A stretch of DNA of 64,000 nt from an uncultured Planctomycetota bacterium (GTDB lineage: Bacteria; Planctomycetota; Planctomycetia; Isosphaerales; Isosphaeraceae). Position 1 is the first letter of the stretch; every line of letters starts with the position of its first letter. Positions 10,303 to 21,070 of the stretch are shown here, piece after piece. Under the pieces are notes generated by a model, which saw only the letters and a program-made list of their open reading frames with translations, was not told the origin of the DNA and did not search any database. The position numbers and the translations under genes are program-made. Where the stretch lies: contig CAWGMQ010000010.1 of NCBI GenBank assembly GCA_963823665.1, positions 544,001 through 608,000 on the forward strand. The letters run 5' to 3'.

Positions 10303-13300
10303 TCAACGGTTTTCGACGTGCTTGAGCACCGCCTCGACGTCAGCCCAAAGGCTCCGGCAGGCTTTCTGCTCGTCCATGGAAAGCTGCCTTCACGGCCGCA
10401 TCGTCGCGGATGCCCGCCAGGTCGGAGTCATCCCTCCAGTGCCAGAGCCGCTGGCCCACGACGGCCTTGGCTTCGTGCTTACCCGTCTCGGCCAGCTTCG
10501 TCCAGAAAGCCAGATCGGCGCGCAACCAGTCGAGGGCCTGTTTGCGCCAGCGGGCCATCTCCGGCTCTTCCAGCGATGGTTTGCCGTTACCTTTGCCGGC
10601 GCCCGCCAGCGCTGCGGAGCAGGCGGCGCTGTAGCGGTTCTGGGCTTGAATGTCCTCCGCCAGTTTAGGATCGGCCTGGAATGCCTCGGCGTAGAACCGC
10701 GCCGATGCGGCGAATCCCTTCGACTCGTACGCGAGATCGGCGAATCCGGCTGCTTCCCTGGCGTCGTTAGGTTTGAGGTCGCCCCGCAGCACCGCCGCAA
10801 GACGGTCCACCAGTGGGACCATTCGCTCGAGCCGGCTCACCCAAAAACGGGAGGGATAAGGCCAATCCGCTCGCTTCGAGCCCAGCTCATGACCGCGGCG
10901 AAGCTCGGTCAGGGCCTCACGGAACTGCCCCTGCTTCGAGAGCATTAATCCCAGGTTGCAATGGGCGACTGCGGAGTCGGGCCGGAGCCGGACCGCAGCT
11001 CCGTACTCCGCGATCGCTTCGGCAATCTTCCCCTGGGCGCCCAGCCCGCGGCCGAGGTTGTAATGGGCAATAGCGTTGTCGGGGTCAATTTGGATCGCTG
11101 TGCGGTACTCCACGATCGCCTCATCGGGCTTCCCCTGGGCATCCAGGGCGTTGCCGAGACCATTGCGGGCAACGGAGAACTCGGGCTTGAGCAGGATCGC
11201 CGCACGGTATTCCGCGATCGCCTCATCGGGCTTCCCCTGCTCGTTCAGGCTGTTGCCGAGGTTGCAGTGGGCGTCGGCGCCCTCAGGCTTGAGCCGGATC
11301 ACTTTGCGATACTCGGCGATCGCCTCGGGAAGATTCCCCTGGCTGGATAGGGCATTGGCGAGGTTAAAGTGAGCATTGGCGTCGTCAGGGTTGAGCGCCG
11401 TCTCCGCGCGCAAGATCGCGACGGCCCTCTCCAGAGCCGCCGCACCATCGGGATCTCCGCGTTCCTGAAGCAAGTCACCCAGGCATACCCAATGCCGGCC
11501 ATGAGCCGGCCGGAGACGTGCCAGGTCCTTGAATACGATCGCCGCCTCATCCCCGCGACCGACGCCCTCGAGCGCATGCGCCAGCTCGTGCGCCGTCTCG
11601 GGCCGCAAAGCGCGGGCGACGCTGTAAAACCGGATCGCCTCCTGAGTCCGTGGGGGATGCAGTCTTTCTAGCGCGCGCCCCAGCGTGTAGTTGATCCAGA
11701 GGTCATCGGGATGATGAGCCTGAGCTCGGCGGAGCAAGTCGACGGCCGCATCGTGAAGGTCGGCCTCTCTGAGCGCCTCGGCCAGAAGGATCGAAGTTTC
11801 TGCCGGCCAGTTTTGCGGATCGGCCTCTTTCGCCAGCTTGAGAAACGCCTCGCGCCCGGCCTTGCGGTCAGGCTCCGACCAGAGCTGCCGTAATCGGGCG
11901 CGGGTCGCGTCGGGGTCGACCGCGCGGGCCGTGGCGGTCAGACGCCTCCAGGCATCGGCGTCCTTGGGCCGCGCTTTGCGACGCGCGTACGTCCAGTCGT
12001 CCAATGCTGCAGCCAGCGCACAGCGCCACCCCCGGGGGCCGCGCCCGGATCTTGACCGCCGCCGCGGTCCCTTGCACATCAACGTCCAGATCCGCCGCGC
12101 GGAACGCCCGTGCATAGGCCGCGTCCGTGACCGAGCCATCCCGGTCGTCCTCCTCCGCCGAGCGGATATCCACCGCCGCACGGAGCAAGGCCGCATCGCG
12201 CTCGGCCGCCTCAGATTGGCTCGCGATCTGCTCGCCAAGCTTCTTCACCTGTCGTTCTTGTTCCGCGTCGATCAAGGGTCCGAGCAGGTCATCCGCCCGT
12301 TTGACCGCATCCCGCGCCGAACGCCACTTGGCCGGATCACCCTCCACGTCGGCTGCAGCCAGACCACGCAGCAAGTTCACGTCCTGGAGCGCTAGCTGCA
12401 GCCGATTCGCCTGGTCGCGACGCTGCTGGAAATAGATCGCCGCGCCACCCCCTCCCACCGTGATGAGCGCCAGCACCGCCGCAGCGAGCGCCAGCGTAAC
12501 CTTGCGCCGTTTCCGCTCTTCCTCGGCGCGTGCATCGGCCTCCACCCGCGCCAGCTCGGCCTTCCGCAACCGTTGCTGCACCCCGGTTAGATAGGCCGTG
12601 ATCCGCTCGGAGACCGCACCGGCCCGCCGCGGCCGGTCCAGAACCTGGGGCGCCAGGCAATCCTTCGCCAGCGCGATCAACTCAGAGTCGACGCCACACG
12701 CGTCGAGCCGCGCGTATGTATCGTCCAGATCGCCACGTACCGCCCGCCGCAGCGCCTCGATCGCCGTGCGATCGACGAACGCGGGCCTGCCCGTCAACAT
12801 CTCGCACAGGATGGCGCCGAGCCCGAAAACATCGGCCCGCTCATCGAGCGCCTGGATCTCACCCCGCGCCTGCTCCGGCGCCATATAACCTGGCGTCCCC
12901 AGCACCGACCCGGCCTGTGATAGATCGGTGCCCGCCTCCGACCGTGCGGTGCGGATCGCGGGGCCGGGCGCCCCGGCCTCTTCCATCGGCGCCGCCGGCC
13001 CGTCGCCGCGCGCTCCGTGCTGGGGCAAAACCTTCGCCAGGCCCCAGTCCATGACTTGCACCTCGCCGAAGCTGCCCACCATGATGTTCGATGGCTTCAA
13101 ATCCCGATGGATCACCCCGCGCACATGGGCGTAGTCCATCGTCTGAGCGATCGACTCGAAGATCGACAGGAACCGCGGCAGGTCATCGTGCGCCGGCAGA
13201 GCTTCGGTCAAATCCGCCGCAGCGGCGTCAGACCCGCGCCGGTGCGCGTCTTCCTCATCCGCAATAACTCGGCCAGGGTCCGGCCCTTCACTAGCTTCAT

Positions 13301-13861
13301 CGCGAAGAATGGACGCCGGTCGGCGAAGCTACCCAACTCGTAGATCGGCACGACGCCCGGATGCTGGAGCTGGCCACCGATCTGCGCCTCCTCCACGAAC
13401 CGGCGCACCAGGTCGGGCTTATCTCTGTGCGACTCGAGCAACACCTTGACCGCCAGCTCGCGGCCCAGGTCGACGTCTCTCCCCCTCAGCACGGCACCCA
13501 TGCCGCCGCGGGCAATCTCGCCGAAGAATTGATACTTGTCGGGCCGCTCCGACGGCTCGGGCATCTCGGGCGATGACGGCTCCGCGATCGGCCTCGGCTC
13601 GGTCTCGAAGTCGGTGTCGTGCAGCAGGATCCGAGGGAGGCCGCCGAGCACCTCGCCGAGCAGGGCCAGCGTCCCTGGAGACGCCGGCTCAAGCGAGACC
13701 GTGAGCTCGCCGTCGCCCCGGCCTGTCCCAAAGCCCTCTGGACCGGTGGCCGCATCGGAGACGGCCAGCGCTCCTTGCGTCAGGCAACGCGCACATAGGC
13801 CACCTGAATGATCACCGCGCCGCGGCTCGCCGCAGCTTGGACAGCAATCGGCGTCGCTCAT
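10303..13861 (-). CDS. Zn-ribbon + Ser/Thr kinase + TM + TPR protein (paralogue 1), split by frameshifts
   Basis: ORFs 13208-13864, 11868-13211 and 10340-12238 give consecutive parts (CxxC..CxxC, GGMG, HRDLKPSN, DWGLAK, TPRs); colinear with 54138-59354; frameshifts at ~13215, ~12030 and ~10385. Confidence 0.85.
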
Positions 13862-14097
13862 CAACGGATCTCCCCAGGATTCGGGCCGTGATGCGGATCG
13901 GTAGAGCGTTGTCGGGGCGATTCACGCTACCAGGGTTCGGCACGGCTTACCACCCTCCGGGGCAAACCGTTCGCCCCGCTGTCCGCGAGCGCAGTTGCTC
14001 AAAATCGGCGCGGCCGCGGCGGCAAGTCCTGACGGAATTTGAATTCTCAGGGTAACCTGGCAATGCGAGTACTCTACTCTCTGGAGGAGTCATCACC

Positions 14098-15837
14098 ATG
14101 TGGTCTTCTACTTTCGGTTCCATGTTCATAAATACAAGAACACGATTGACGTCCCTCACCGCGATCGCCCTGACGTTCGCGACGGTCCTCGCAACCGCCG
14201 GCGACGACGACCAGGCGAAAGACGTCGCCAAAACGGCCAATTCGAATGCCGGCTCCGCCAGGCAGACTGGAACACCGCCGTCACCGGCAACGCTCGGCGT
14301 GCTCCTGAACGACTCGCGTGCATGCCCCGGCTTTAACCTGATCAACCCCGGTCGCAAGCAGACCTACCTCTATGACAACGAAGGCCGCGTGGTTCATACG
14401 TGGAACAGTGACTATTCCAGCGGGGCGGCTGCTTATTTGCTCGAAAACGGTCACCTCTTCCGGCCCGCCGAGGCTCCCAATCGCAACCGGGCTTTCCAGG
14501 GCCCAGCCGCGAGCGGCCGTTTTCAAGAATTCGACTGGGATGGCAACCTCGTCTGGGATTTCGAGTACCACAGCGAAAAGCGAATGCCTCACCACGACGC
14601 GATCAAACTCCCGAATGGCAACGCGTTGCTCATCTGCTGGGAAATGATCGATGAGAAGGAAGCCGTCTCCAAGGGCCGCCGCCCGGAAACCGTGAAGAGC
14701 TCTCACCTCCAGCCCGATTGCCTGGTCGAGCTCAAGCCCACCGGCAAGCATTCCAGCGAAATCGTGTGGGAATGGCGAAGCTGGGATCACCTGATCCAGG
14801 ACCACGACAAAACCAAACCCGGTTTTGGCGAAGTCTCCGAACATCCCGAGCTGTTCGACCTGAACTACATGGGTGGCGAGGAAGACCCGGTCGCGAAAAC
14901 GAAAGCAAACACGAAAACGACGGCGACCAAGGATGATCCAAAGCAAGGCCAGGCTCCCGCCGTTCGCAAGAACCCCGACTGGATGCACGTCAACGCAGTG
15001 GCTTATAACGCCGACCTCGACCAGATCGCGCTCAGCAGTCCCAATTTCAGCGAGATCTGGATCATCGACCACAGCACCACCACGGCGGAAGCGAAGGGCC
15101 ACACCGGCGGGCGCGCCGGCAAAGGCGGCGATATCCTCTACCGCTGGGGCAACCCACGAGCCTACAAGAACGGTACGAGCAGCGATCGTCGCCTCTACTT
15201 CCAGCACAACATCCAGTGGATTGCCAAAGGGCTCCCAGGCACAGGCCACTTGCTCGTCTTCAATAACGGCGGCGGTCGCAAGCCCGAGGAATACTCCTCG
15301 GTCGACGAATTCGTTCCGCCCACCAACAACGACGGCCATTACATCCACCCGAAAGGCGCACCCTTCGGCCCCGCCGAGCCGCTCTGGAGCTACACCACTC
15401 CGAACAAGAAAGACTTCTTCTCATGGTTCATCTCCGGAGCCCAGCGCCTTTCGAACGGAAACACCCTGATCAACGCGGGCGCCTATGGCCTCGTATTTGA
15501 AGTGACTCCGGAAGGCGAAACCGTCTGGAAGTTCGCCAATCCGTTCAAGCCCGCCGGCGGTGGGCCGCCCAATGCGATTGCGGCACCAAAGCGGCCAGAC
15601 ACCGCCGCACAAAAAACGAAAGCGGCCGACACCAAGAAAGCTCAGCCTGCTCCAGGGCCACCGCCAGGGCGGCGGCGCCCACGCCGGCAAGGCAACATGC
15701 TCTTCCGCGCGACGCGATACGCTCTTGACCACTCCGCCTTCGCCGGTAAGACGCTCAAGCCCGGGCAGACACTCGGCGAGATCGAAGAGAATCCCGGCAA
15801 TTCCCTTCCCGCGACCAGTGCCGCGAAGGGTCGCTGA
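14098..15837 (+). CDS. Arylsulfotransferase (ASST)-like secreted beta-propeller protein
   Basis: GGAGG RBS; motifs HHDAIKLPNGN, DWMHVNAV, ILYRWGNP, FQHN and ISGAQRLSNGNTLI. Confidence 0.85.
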   Translation: MWSSTFGSMFINTRTRLTSLTAIALTFATVLATAGDDDQAKDVAKTANSNAGSARQTGTPPSPATLGVLLNDSRACPGFNLINPGRKQTYLYDNEGRVVHTWNSDYSSGAAAYLLENGHLFRPAEAPNRNRAFQGPAASGRFQEFDWDGNLVWDFEYHSEKRMPHHDAIKLPNGNALLICWEMIDEKEAVSKGRRPETVKSSHLQPDCLVELKPTGKHSSEIVWEWRSWDHLIQDHDKTKPGFGEVSEHPELFDLNYMGGEEDPVAKTKANTKTTATKDDPKQGQAPAVRKNPDWMHVNAVAYNADLDQIALSSPNFSEIWIIDHSTTTAEAKGHTGGRAGKGGDILYRWGNPRAYKNGTSSDRRLYFQHNIQWIAKGLPGTGHLLVFNNGGGRKPEEYSSVDEFVPPTNNDGHYIHPKGAPFGPAEPLWSYTTPNKKDFFSWFISGAQRLSNGNTLINAGAYGLVFEVTPEGETVWKFANPFKPAGGGPPNAIAAPKRPDTAAQKTKAADTKKAQPAPGPPPGRRRPRRQGNMLFRATRYALDHSAFAGKTLKPGQTLGEIEENPGNSLPATSAAKGR

Positions 15838-16128
15838 ACAACCCTGTGCTCCATGAAGATCGACCGAAACAGGGCATCAGATCGCCGGCGCGGCGTCCAC
15901 CGCGGGCGGCTGCCTGCCTGGAGGAAAGAAAAATGGGTCACCGCCGGTGCCCACTCTCGCGGAGCACGCTCCCCGACCCCCGTTCTCACGTCTGACAGAG
16001 GAGCATTCATCTTGCTGGGCTCAAGCAGACGCATTAGGCCGAATGGGCCGGGAGACAAACCAGGGCGAAATCGGCGTCGTGATAGACGGCAAATACTACG
16101 GGATCACCGAGTACGCGGAGGGGTGACG

Positions 16129-16434
16129 ATGTTGACTGAAGAACAGATCCGACAGTCCTTGCACGCCCGCCGAGTCATTCCTCTCGGAGTGGCCAATCCT
16201 CACGGACCGTTCGGCTTGGAGCAACTCGCAGCAGCCGTGTCGCACCACGCCGCGCAAACCGAGCCACCGACGGATCAGCCCCGTATCCGCCGTTTCATCG
16301 AGCTGAAAGCTGAGACTTGGGAAAAACTCGACGACCTCGCCGAAGCGACAGCTCGCACGACGTCCGCGCATGTTTCCGCATCCCAAATGGCCGCTGCAAT
16401 CGTCGAGCAAGCAGTCGCCAATCTCTCGGAGTGA
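16129..16434 (+). CDS. Small hypothetical protein with possible ribbon-helix-helix C-terminus (antitoxin-like)
   Basis: GGAGG RBS before the ATG; RRFIELKAETWEKLDDLA...VSASQMAAAIVEQA. Confidence 0.6.
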   Translation: MLTEEQIRQSLHARRVIPLGVANPHGPFGLEQLAAAVSHHAAQTEPPTDQPRIRRFIELKAETWEKLDDLAEATARTTSAHVSASQMAAAIVEQAVANLSE

Positions 16435-16483
16435 CGGCGGATCAATCGGAATGCGCCAATCTCGCTCAGGAAGGGTATCATCC

Positions 16484-16640
16484 ATCGCGAGCAGTACTCC
16501 GAGCGCCAGTCGCCTTTTACCCAGAAACGCGCTCCTCGATAACGGCGACCGTCTCACCCAGCCCGAGTTCCACCGCAGGTACTTGGCCTACCCCGAAGAC
16601 GTCAAATTCGAGCTCGTTGGGAGAATCGTCTACATTCCGC
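16484..16640 (+). pseudogene. N-terminal remnant of a Uma2-family endonuclease
   Basis: LDNGDRLTQPEFHRRYLAYPEDVKFELVGRIVY matches the typical Uma2 N-terminus, then similarity stops. Confidence 0.7.
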
Positions 16641-16745
16641 ACACGACAGCGATTCCCAGTCACTCTCTAACTCGAAATCTCGCGGTCCAGAAGGGTATCA
16701 TCAGGACATCAGCTCTCGCGCGTGCCCTGCCAAGAAAGCCCGCCA

Positions 16746-17683
16746 ATGATCGAACCCCCACCCACCTCCGTTGCCGCCGAGCTTCCGCACCTGGCAACGT
16801 TTGCGAGGGCCGCGGAGCAGGGAAGCTTCACCGCCGCCGCCAGCGCACTCGGCATCACTCAAGCCGCCGTCAGCCAGCGAATCGCCATCCTCGAAAAAGA
16901 AGTGCGGATTTCGCTCTTCAACCGCAGGGCAGGAAAAATCACTCTCACGGAAGCCGGCGAGCGGCTCTACCACTTCGCCCGGCAGATTCTTGACTTGCAC
17001 GAGCACGCGCGAACCTCCTTGAGCGGCGCGTACCCCGCCGTCTCCGGAGACCTGTCAATCGCGGCAAGCTCCGTGCCCGGCGAGTACTTCCTCCCCTCGT
17101 TGCTCTCCGCCTTTCACGCCGAGTATCCCGACGTGCATGTCCGGGCCACCGTCAGCGATAGCGGCCTCGTCCTGAAGGATATCGAAAAAGGCCGCGCGAC
17201 CCTCGGCCTGGTCGGACAGAAGACGGACAATCCCATCCTTGATTACCGCACCATCGCTTCGGATTCCCTCGTCCTGATCGTCTCCCCGGGGCATCCATCG
17301 CTCCGAAGAAAAACCATTTCGCCCGATGCTCTGAAAACCGAACGGCTAATCGTCCGCGAGCCCGGTTCGGGTTCCCGCTGCGCCCTGGAGCAAGGCCTCA
17401 CGCGAGCCGGCATGTCGCTCGCGGACCTGAATGTCGCCCTCGAGCTCGGCAGCAACGCCGCCATCAAGGATGCTGTGCAACGGGGCCTTGGAGTGGCGTT
17501 CCTCTCACAACTGGCAGTGCGAAAGAGCTCCTCTCGAGCGAGCTGCGAACCATCGCCGTCAAGGGCATCGACCTGAACCGCGATTTCTACCTCGTCTATA
17601 ACCGCCGCCGCCCGCTCCCACCCGCCGCGGCTGCATTCCTCCATTTCCTCGAGATGCATCCCATCGAGCCCGACAAGCAATGA
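16746..17683 (+). CDS. LysR-family regulator, CysL-like (selenium metabolism-associated type); frameshift at ~17523
   Basis: HTH GSFTAAASALGITQAAVSQRI; ASSVPGEYFLP; REPGSGSR; ELGSNAAIKDAV; C-terminus ELLSSELRTIAVKGIDLNRDFYLV...DKQ* in a shifted frame. Confidence 0.88.
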
Positions 17684-17694
17684 GGCCCGCCAGC

Positions 17695-17713
17695 CCATAA
17701 GCCCATCTTATGG
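17695..17713. promoter_or_regulatory. Putative LysR operator CCATAAG-N5-CTTATGG
   Basis: Perfect 7-bp inverted repeat containing T-N11-A (T17698...A17710), between the LysR stop and the next gene. Confidence 0.7.
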
Positions 17714-17886
17714 CAGGTCCAACGCATATCAGACCAAGCTCGGTGGTTCGATCGCCATGGACTGACGATCATAAACCTCGAGTCGCCTCTGGCGACGAAG
17801 TTCGTTCTTCGTCCCGCACGCCTGCTCGAAACCTGGCCCCCGCTCGAGCCGCTGTCCCGATTCGGGGCCGTTCCAAGGAGAAGTTC

Positions 17887-18444
17887 ATGCGATCACGATC
17901 GGTAAGGGGTATCTCGTCCGTGATGGTCTCCATCATCGTGGCGGGAACCACCCTCGCGGGAGACGCCGTCAAATCCGGCTTGAAGCCCGGTGAGCTGGTG
18001 AACCCGTTCAACGTTGAGGACATCACCGGCCCGAACAAGGGCACCACGCTCTGCTACCGCTGAAGTTACGGCTCCGCTCCTGTGGTCTGCGTGTTTGCCC
18101 GCAAGACCTCCGAGCCCTTGACCAGTTTGGTCAAGCAGATCGACAAGAAAATTGCCGAGAATTCGAGTCTCAAGAGCTTCGTCGTCATGATGGCCAAAGA
18201 CGGCGACAGCACCAAAGAAGCGCTCAAGAAGCTGGCCGAGGAGGCCGGCGTCAAGAACATTCCGCTGACGATGACCGGCGACAAGGACGGCCCGCCCGAC
18301 TACGAGATCTCCTCGGACGCCGACGTCACGGTCCTCATGTGGAACCAGGGCGCAGTCAAGTTCGGCCACGGCTACAAAGGTGAGCTGACCGAGAAAAACA
18401 TCGAGACGATCCTGTCCGATATACCAAAGCTTCTGGGCAAGTAA
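17887..18444 (+). CDS. Putative selenoprotein: exported thioredoxin/redoxin-like protein with CxxU (C56-Y-R-U59), 185 aa, read through TGA 18061-18063
   Basis: AAGGAG RBS; signal peptide; ORFs 17710-18063 and 18082-18444 are in the same frame; read-through gives TLCYR-U-SYGSAPVVCVFARK; SECIS-like hairpin follows. Confidence 0.82.
18070..18116 (+). promoter_or_regulatory. Bacterial SECIS-like stem-loop
   Basis: Outer stem GGCTC/GAGCC; inner stem GGTCTGCG/CGCA(A)GACC; apical loop TGTTTGCC begins 28 nt after the TGA, with G-U near its 5' side. Confidence 0.7.
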
Positions 18445-18519
18445 GTAAGCCGACCTTCGCCAGCCGTAGGGAGGGGTAACCGGACCGCTTCCCACTCCCC
18501 TCCGGCCAACCAATGACAC

Positions 18520-18558
18520 GCCACGACCCGGGCATCTCGCCCGGGTCGTGGCATTTCG
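18520..18558 (+). terminator. Probable intrinsic terminator after the selenoprotein gene
   Basis: Perfect 14-bp stem GCCACGACCCGGGC/GCCCGGGTCGTGGC with a 5-nt loop and a short ATTT tail. Confidence 0.6.
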
Positions 18559-18874
18559 TCCCGAGCTCGATCGTCGTCCCACCGCAGAAAATACGACACT
18601 CCTGAGGGAACCTGGTGACCCCGCCCCGCGCTATGGCCCGGTTTCGTCGCCCCGCGCCATCGAAATGGCGTCCGATCGAGCAATCGAGCGCAGACTACCC
18701 CTCACGAATGATGCGAGAAGCTCCCTCCCCTGAAAACGAGGGTCAGGGGTGGTGCATTCCGGCCGCCGCGGTCACGACGCCGTCGCGCAACAATTATCCT
18801 GGACACCTCCCGGTCTGATGCTCGGTCGGATGCCCCGCCTTGACGACCACCGCAAGAACCAGCCACACTAGGTT

Positions 18875-19249
18875 GTGGAGGTGACTGCTGTGTGCCGTCT
18901 GATGATGTTCGCGACATGCCTGATCGCTACCCTCTCGGGTACCCCGCTCCGGCTAGCCGAAGCCGCAAACGACTTCGCCCGTTGCGTGGCTGATCGGGAC
19001 GAACGTCAGAACATCGAGACGATTGACGGCGGCGTGGGCGATGACTCAGGTACCGCGATCCTGAGGACAAGCGGTCATCAATCACCAGACGCAATGGCCC
19101 CGCCCGCGCAGCCGGATGGCCCCGTCGCGATGCTCCTCCCCATCGTCCTGCCAACGAGCGCCGGGCACCAAAGCGCCAGCGTTCCCATCGCCGCGCTTTC
19201 ACCAGGCTCTGTCCCAAAGCATGTTTGGCTTCAGCGCTTCTTGTTTTGA
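18875..19249 (+). CDS. Small hypothetical protein with hydrophobic N-terminus, upstream of a DUF1559 gene
   Basis: GGAGG at ~18877 suggests a GTG start near 18890; acidic DGGVGDD; ends KHVWLQRFLF. Confidence 0.55.
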   Translation: MEVTAVCRLMMFATCLIATLSGTPLRLAEAANDFARCVADRDERQNIETIDGGVGDDSGTAILRTSGHQSPDAMAPPAQPDGPVAMLLPIVLPTSAGHQSASVPIAALSPGSVPKHVWLQRFLF

Positions 19250-19315
19250 TCGAGTCGGTCAGTCGCGAGATTGTTGTCCGCCCACTGCCCGAACCATCAA
19301 GATAGGAGCATGCCA

Positions 19316-20263
19316 ATGCCTCGACTTTCCTTGCCCTGTGCTCGTCGCGCATTTACATTGATCGAGCTTCTTGTAGTGATTGCGATCATCGCCGTCTTGA
19401 TCGCCCTGCTGTTGCCCGCCGTGCAGGCGGCCCGTGAATCGGCCCGAAGAGCCCAGTGCCTGAACAATTTGAAACAGATCGGGCTGGCGCTGCATAATTA
19501 CCACAGCACGTACGACACATTCCCGCCCGGATATATCTCGGTCACACGGGGTAACCAGCCGACCGGCCAGGATATCGGCCCAGGATGGGGTTGGGGTGCG
19601 ATGATCCTCGGCAATCTTGAGCAAACGTCGATCGCCAATTCCCTGAATTTCAGCCTGTTGACGTCTGCTCCCGGCTCACAAACCGTTCGCCAGACCAGCT
19701 TGTCGGTGTTTCTCTGCCCCAGCAACTCGGGTGGCACCGGCCCCCTCTCGATCAAGGACAGTTCGGGCAACATCCTGGTCGGCGATCTGGCGCCCGGTCA
19801 GTACATCGGCGTCGCCGGCCAGTGGGAGCCCGAGGAATTCCCCGCGCCCAATAACGGTGTCTTCTACCGCAACAGCAGGATCGGCCTGCGCGAGATCACC
19901 GACGGCTCGAGTACCACCCTCATGGCCGGCGAGCGGTCGCAAAACGTCGCCAATGCGACCTGGAGCGGCATGATCCCCTTCGGCCAGGCCTGCAATAACC
20001 CCAACTGGCCCGTCCAGGATTGCGAGGCGTCCAACGTCCTGATTCTCGGCCACACCGGGCCCTCGCCAGATGAGCCCTGGATCGACGTGCCCAACTACCA
20101 GAAGGCAGGCGCCGATGATTTCCACAGCCTGCACTCGGGCGGCTGCAACTTCCTCTTCGGCGATGGTTCCATCCGGTTCGTCAAGGAGACGATCAATCCC
20201 CAGGTCTTCAGCTATCTCTCGACGCGAGCCGGCGCCGAGCTCGTCAGCTCCGATCAGTTCTGA
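19316..20263 (+). CDS. DUF1559 protein with prepilin-type N-terminal cleavage/methylation motif and H-X9-DG C-terminus
   Basis: [65 protein letters not shown]. Confidence 0.95.
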   Translation: MPRLSLPCARRAFTLIELLVVIAIIAVLIALLLPAVQAARESARRAQCLNNLKQIGLALHNYHSTYDTFPPGYISVTRGNQPTGQDIGPGWGWGAMILGNLEQTSIANSLNFSLLTSAPGSQTVRQTSLSVFLCPSNSGGTGPLSIKDSSGNILVGDLAPGQYIGVAGQWEPEEFPAPNNGVFYRNSRIGLREITDGSSTTLMAGERSQNVANATWSGMIPFGQACNNPNWPVQDCEASNVLILGHTGPSPDEPWIDVPNYQKAGADDFHSLHSGGCNFLFGDGSIRFVKETINPQVFSYLSTRAGAELVSSDQF

Positions 20264-20515
20264 TCAGCAGCCAGGTGATCCACAAGCTCGCCGGCTATTT
20301 CAACGTCAACGCACGCGTCCTCGCGAAAAACTTCTGATGCGCTTCCGTTCAAACCCCCTCCTGGCGATCCCGGTTCCCGATCCTGTCCCATGTGTCTCGG
20401 ACAGCGGTCGCCGAATATTCTTGAGGCCGGTGCGAATCGCAAGGTGGTCAAGAGCACGCGATTGTGTTCGGCTGAACGCCACGCTCTCTCTCTTTGTCTT
20501 CAACCATCCGAGCCC

Positions 20516-21070
20516 ATGATGACTGCCGCTATTGCACTCCGGAATGTCACCAAGAGCGTCAGGAACTTGGTCGCGGTCGAGAAGCTCGAACTCACGGTGC
20601 CGCTGGGCTCCCTCCACGGCTTCATCGGGCCCAACGGCTCGGGCAAGACAACGACCTTGCGCATGATCATGCACATCCTCCTGCCCGATGAGGGCGAAAT
20701 CGAGGTGCTCGGCCAGCGCGGCACGCGAGCCGCGCGCGATTGCATCAGCTATCTTCCCGAAGAGCGCGGGCTCTACAAGCGCATGTCGGTGCGCAGGCTT
20801 CTTCGCTACTACGGTGCACTCAAAGGCGCGGTTCAGCCTCAGCTCGATCGCTCGATTGCCGAGTGGCTCGAGCGCCTCGGGCTTTCCGCGTCGCTCGATC
20901 GCAAGATCGACAGCCTGTCCAAAGGCATGGCTCAAAAGGTCCAATTCATCGCCGCGGTCCTCAACCAGCCGCGGCTCTTGATCCTCGACGAGCCGTTCTC
21001 GGGCCTCGACCCCGTCAACGCCGAAGTGCTCAGGGACGCCGTCCTCGATCTCAAGCGATCGGAGACATCA
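20516..21070 (+). pseudogene. ABC transporter ATP-binding subunit, truncated at the 3' end
   Basis: Walker A GPNGSGKTT, signature LSKGM and Walker B LLILDEPF present; H-loop absent; frame runs into the antisense strand of pfk. Confidence 0.78.

Noticed and set aside
13208..13211. Second selenocysteine read-through at the kinase TGA
   Set aside because: The downstream ORF is in a different frame, so this is a frameshift, and there is no Cys-motif context
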